A stretch of 64,000 bases of DNA from Azoarcus sp. (lineage in GTDB: Bacteria > Pseudomonadota > Gammaproteobacteria > Burkholderiales > Rhodocyclaceae). The stretch lies in the NCBI GenBank assembly GCA_031274995.1, contig JAISPJ010000013.1:86-64085 (forward strand). The letters run 5' to 3'. The notes under the pieces are model-generated. The model worked only from the letters and a program-made list of their open reading frames with translations. It was not told the DNA's origin and ran no database searches. Below, in pieces: positions 60,187 to 64,000 of the stretch (the first letter of the stretch is position 1; each line of letters opens with the position of its first letter). The position numbers were made by a program, and so were the translations under genes.

Positions 60187-61725
60187 ATGTGCGGGATTCT
60201 CGGAGTCGTAGCGACTTCTCCGGTCAACCAGTTGCTCTATGACGGGTTGCTGGTGTTACAACATCGTGGGCAGGATGCGGCGGGCATCGCCACTGCGGAG
60301 AACGATCGCTTTTTCATGCACAAGGGGCCGGGGCTGGTGCGCGATGCCTTTCGCACCCGCAACATGCGTTACCTTGCCGGAAACTGGGGGATTGGGCACG
60401 TGCGTTATCCCACGGCAGGTTCGGCGCTCAACGTCGCCGAGGCTCAGCCCTTCTACGTCAATTCGCCTTTCGGGCTGCTCTTGGCGCATAACGGAAATCT
60501 GACCAATTCGGAAGCGCTCAAGCGCGAGATGTTTCTTTCCGACCGCCGCCACATCAACACCAATTCTGATTCCGAAGTGCTGCTCAATGTGTTGGCGCAT
60601 GAACTGGAAGACGCGGCCAGCGGCCCCAGGCTCGACGAGGCGGCGATATTCCGTGCCGTGGCGGGCGTGCATCGGCGTTGCCGGGGCGCTTATGCGGCCG
60701 TGGCGATGATTGCGGGTTACGGGCTGCTTGCTTTCCGTGATCCATATGGCATTCGTCCTCTGGTGGTTGGCAAGAATGAATTGCCCAACGGCAAGACCGA
60801 ATGGCTGGTGGCCTCCGAATCTGTCGCGCTCGACACCCTGGGATTCAAACTCTTGCGCGACCTCGCGCCGGGCGAGGCGGTGTTGATCGATACGGAAGGC
60901 AATTTCCACAGCCGCGAGTGCGCAACAAAAACCATGAATGCGCCATGCATATTCGAGTACGTCTATCTTGCGAGACCCGATTCCATCATGGATGGCGTGT
61001 CGGTATACGAAGCGCGCCTGAAGATGGGCGAATTTCTCGCGGAAAAAATGAAATGCACCATGCCGCATGTGGGAATCGATGTCGTCATCCCGATTCCTGA
61101 TTCAAGCCGTCCTTCGGCACAGGAAATGGCTCTGCGGCTGGGGTTGCCGTACCGCGAGGGCTTTGTCAAGAACCGTTACATCGGGCGAACCTTCATCATG
61201 CCGGGGCAGTCCACGCGCAAGAAATCCGTGCGTCAGAAGCTCAACACGATTCCCCAGGAGTTCAAGGGCAAGAGTGTTCTGCTGGTCGACGATTCCATCG
61301 TGCGCGGCACGACCAGCAAGGAAATCATCAATATGGCGCGCGAAGCGGGCGCGGCCAGGGTATATATAGCTTCCGCCGCGCCGCCGGTGCGTCACCCGAA
61401 TGTTTACGGCATCGACATGCCGACGCGCAGCGAACTCATTGCCAATGAACGCGACGAAACCGGGATTTGCCGGGAGATTGGCGCGGATGGCCTGCTCTAC
61501 CAGAGCCTCGATGATCTCAAGGCATCTGTGAGCGGGATCAACCCCGCGATTCAGTCTTTCGAGACATCTTGTTTTGATGGCTGCTACATCACCGGCGACA
61601 TTACTGCTGAATATCTTTCCGGGGTCGAGAACCAGTCTGGCGGCAATGATTTCAGCGTAGCGGCCGAGACGGGAGAAGGCGGAAGCCAGCTCGACCTCAA
61701 CCTGATCGACCAGGAAGAACGCTGA
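60187..61725 (+). CDS. purF: Amidophosphoribosyltransferase
   Basis: [33 protein letters not shown]. Confidence 0.98.
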   Translation: MCGILGVVATSPVNQLLYDGLLVLQHRGQDAAGIATAENDRFFMHKGPGLVRDAFRTRNMRYLAGNWGIGHVRYPTAGSALNVAEAQPFYVNSPFGLLLAHNGNLTNSEALKREMFLSDRRHINTNSDSEVLLNVLAHELEDAASGPRLDEAAIFRAVAGVHRRCRGAYAAVAMIAGYGLLAFRDPYGIRPLVVGKNELPNGKTEWLVASESVALDTLGFKLLRDLAPGEAVLIDTEGNFHSRECATKTMNAPCIFEYVYLARPDSIMDGVSVYEARLKMGEFLAEKMKCTMPHVGIDVVIPIPDSSRPSAQEMALRLGLPYREGFVKNRYIGRTFIMPGQSTRKKSVRQKLNTIPQEFKGKSVLLVDDSIVRGTTSKEIINMAREAGAARVYIASAAPPVRHPNVYGIDMPTRSELIANERDETGICREIGADGLLYQSLDDLKASVSGINPAIQSFETSCFDGCYITGDITAEYLSGVENQSGGNDFSVAAETGEGGSQLDLNLIDQEER

Positions 61726-61742
61726 AGTTTCGATCAGGCCAT

Positions 61743-62180
61743 CTACGCGGGGTTTGTGGAACGACCGAAAACCGGAATACCTGCAAGGGTTGCTGCCTTC
61801 GCCAAATCGGCATCGAGCGTTGCCAGTGAATAGCTCGTGCGCAAGGCAAGTTCCAGATAGGCCGCATCGTACACAGACAGCTTGTACCGGCGAGCGAGGT
61901 TCAGGGTGTCGCCGAGCGCACGTCCAGCCGTAGTCGGATCGGTCACGATGTCAAGCCGCCCCAAAAGAACAACAAAGCGTTGTGAGTCTGCTTCAGTCAC
62001 AATGTTCTTGGCTTCAAGTTTGGCAATGACGTTACCCACTTCCAGCGGCCAAAGCGAAGGCACCAGGGCTTGTGATTCTTTTAGTGCCTTTAAAACCGCG
62101 CTTGCATACTCCACGCCTGCCGGATTGGTGTCAGGCATCAACCAGAGCAATGCCACGGAGGCATCCAGGACGAAACTCAC
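61743..62180 (-). CDS. PIN-domain VapC-like toxin
   Basis: FVLDASVALLW, WPLEVGN, LSVYDAAYLELA, ATLDADL. Confidence 0.92.
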   Translation of the reverse strand: MSFVLDASVALLWLMPDTNPAGVEYASAVLKALKESQALVPSLWPLEVGNVIAKLEAKNIVTEADSQRFVVLLGRLDIVTDPTTAGRALGDTLNLARRYKLSVYDAAYLELALRTSYSLATLDADLAKAATLAGIPVFGRSTNPA

Positions 62181-62422
62181 GACCGCCCTTCGTTGATGAG
62201 CGCCTTGATATTGACGCTGCTCACTGGTTTGCGGGTTTGCATGAAAGCCAGCATTTCGTCGACGGCTACCATAGCATCCGGGTGCCTGTTTTCTTCTGCT
62301 GGCACCAGGTTGGCCACGGCTTCGCCTCGCAGGGTGATGGTATAGCGGTTACCGGCACGAACGCCGCGCAGTAGCTCTGGTAGCTTCGTCTTGGCTTCAT
62401 ATGATCCAACTGCGATGTTCAT
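62177..62422 (-). CDS. Phd/YefM-family antitoxin
   Basis: VGSYEAKTKLPELL...YTITLRGEAVANLVP...ALINEGR; overlaps the toxin start. Confidence 0.92.
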   Translation of the reverse strand: MNIAVGSYEAKTKLPELLRGVRAGNRYTITLRGEAVANLVPAEENRHPDAMVAVDEMLAFMQTRKPVSSVNIKALINEGRS

Positions 62423-62440
62423 GGGTTTCTCCTGCGGAGG

Positions 62441-62465
62441 ATATAGACCAGTATATAGACCGGTC
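62441..62465. promoter_or_regulatory. Putative toxin-antitoxin autoregulatory operator
   Basis: ATATAGACC repeated at 62441 and 62453 plus a GACCGGTC palindrome, upstream of the antitoxin. Confidence 0.45.
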
Positions 62466-62555
62466 GTAATCTAATCAAGTAGAAGACACTCCAGCGAACG
62501 TACTTGTGCCGTAAACCGCGCTGATCGTCGATGGACTGAACGGGCCTTGGTCCAT

Positions 62556-64000
62556 TCATGGCGCGTCGTGGCGCAAAAAGGAGGCGTTCGGCAGCACTGC
62601 CTGTTCTGGCGCATAATCGCCGCCAGTGCCCGGGTGCCGGATCAGGCGCGGGCGCAGGAAGATGACCAGTTCGCTGCGCCGGATGCTGTTTTCGCGCCTC
62701 GTGAATAATTCGCCGAGCAGTGGAATTGCGCCGAGCAACGGAATGCGGCTCGTGTCGGTATCGAGCTTGTCTTCCATGAGACCGCCGAGGACGGCGATTT
62801 CGCCGTCGGCAAGCCGGAGCACGGATTCCATTTCGCGAGTGCGGATTTGCGGCACGCGGTTCGGGATGCTGCCGAGCGATGGGTTGGGGTCGTCCTTGAA
62901 GCCCGAGATGCTGGAAATGGTGGGGCGGACGCCGAGGATGATCGCGCCGTCGCGCCCGATTTGCGGGGTGATTGCCATGACCAGCCCGACGGATACCGAT
63001 TGTGGCTTGGTGGTGGCGGTGATTTTTTCGCGGTCGCTGTTGCCGTATTCGGTGACGGAGGCATCGACGAGAAAGTAGACGACCTCTTCGACCACTTTGA
63101 GTATTGCCGTCTGGTTGTTGAGCACGGAAAGCTTGGGGCTGGAGAGTACTTTGACCGTTCCGAAAGTTTCCAGCCAGTCCAGGCGCACGTCGAGTTGGTT
63201 CGAGAGGTAGGAAACGGAGGGTTGCATGCTACCGCTTGCGCCTTGTGAATTTACTCTGATGAACGGTATGCCGGGCCGGTTCCAGTCGATGCCCTGGCGA
63301 TAGCCGTCAGCGAGCGTGACCTCGGCAATCGTGGCTTCGATCATGACTTGCCGCTGTGCCGCGCCTTGTACGAGTTCGATGAACTCCGCCACTTTTTGAT
63401 GCTGGCTGGCGTTGGCGAGTACCATCAAAGTACCGGTTTCGCGGTTGCTGATAACGGCGGCGGATTCTTCGGATCCCGTGCCGCTTTCACAGGAAACCTC
63501 GACGCCCGATCCGTTGGGTTTGAGGCGGCGTGCAGTTTCGCAACGCGGTTTTTGGATACTGCGCCCGTGTTCCTTGAGCAATGCGCGGAGATTGTTTTCG
63601 AGCGTCTCCCAGAAGTGATTCGTTGCCTTGGCGCTGATCTGGGTGAGCGAGGCATTTCCGGCGCTGCCGCTGCTGCTGCCCTTGGCGTCCACGGCGCTGC
63701 TGCTGGTGGCGATTTGCGTGCTGGTGGCGATTGTGCCGTTCATGTCGCGCGCGAGGTTGACGTAGTCGATGCGATAAGCGCGCAGAAATGGCGTGTCAGG
63801 CATGACTGTCAGGTGTTTGCCATCGAATTCGCAGCGCAGGTCGGCCTGGTCGCAAAGGCGCTCGATCAATTCAGGCAGCGGGCGATTGAAAACGCTCAGG
63901 CTGACAAGCCTCTCTGCGCCGGGGCGCAGTTCAAGTCCGATCCGCTGGTCACGCGCAAGGGCCGTGAGCACTTGATCGACCGGGGCCAGATGGACATCGA
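62556..64000 (-). CDS. Secretin, MshL/GspD type (N-terminus outside the window)
   Basis: YRIDYVNL...FWETLENNL; QVMIEATIAEVTL, SSPKLSVLNNQTAILKV, VPQIRTREMESVLRL, IPLLGELF, SELVIFLRP. Confidence 0.88.
   Translation of the reverse strand, partial: DVHLAPVDQVLTALARDQRIGLELRPGAERLVSLSVFNRPLPELIERLCDQADLRCEFDGKHLTVMPDTPFLRAYRIDYVNLARDMNGTIATSTQIATSSSAVDAKGSSSGSAGNASLTQISAKATNHFWETLENNLRALLKEHGRSIQKPRCETARRLKPNGSGVEVSCESGTGSEESAAVISNRETGTLMVLANASQHQKVAEFIELVQGAAQRQVMIEATIAEVTLADGYRQGIDWNRPGIPFIRVNSQGASGSMQPSVSYLSNQLDVRLDWLETFGTVKVLSSPKLSVLNNQTAILKVVEEVVYFLVDASVTEYGNSDREKITATTKPQSVSVGLVMAITPQIGRDGAIILGVRPTISSISGFKDDPNPSLGSIPNRVPQIRTREMESVLRLADGEIAVLGGLMEDKLDTDTSRIPLLGAIPLLGELFTRRENSIRRSELVIFLRPRLIRHPGTGGDYAPEQAVLPNASFLRHDAP

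Overview
High-GC betaproteobacterial chromosome segment, most likely Rhodocyclales (Azoarcus/Thauera-like), inferred from gene order (secY-infA-rpmJ; leuC-entericidin-leuD-leuB-asd-fimV-cbiQ-truA-trpFBA-accD-folC-dedD-cvpA-purF) and the Cys-rich S4. The backbone is housekeeping: spc and alpha ribosomal operons (1-7966), kdsD-lptC-lptA, phasin, mltA, ETF-QO, purL, a heptose/LPS-core cluster, mltF, tRNA-Ser(CGA), aroC, leu/asd/trp/fol/pur genes and a partial MshL-type secretin. Accessory inserts sit between these blocks. The most interesting are: (1) a two-gene unit encoding a ChbC-type PTS EIIC fused to an intact EAL phosphodiesterase, followed by a ChiP-type chitoporin, with no EIIA/EIIB or chitin-catabolic genes in the window, which is a candidate chito-oligosaccharide-to-c-di-GMP sensing system; (2) an islet after tRNA-Ser with an autotransporter remnant, a solo DinG-like helicase/PD-(D/E)xK nuclease (Hna-like), a secreted VanX-type peptidase fused to an L,D-transpeptidase, a degenerate integron attC site, a repeat-bearing RNase Sa/barstar pair and MazEF; (3) further toxin-antitoxin pairs and short palindromic IS200/IS605-like elements. 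No CRISPR array, integrase, transposase or prophage was seen. All assignments come from motif recognition by eye; no database searches were run.
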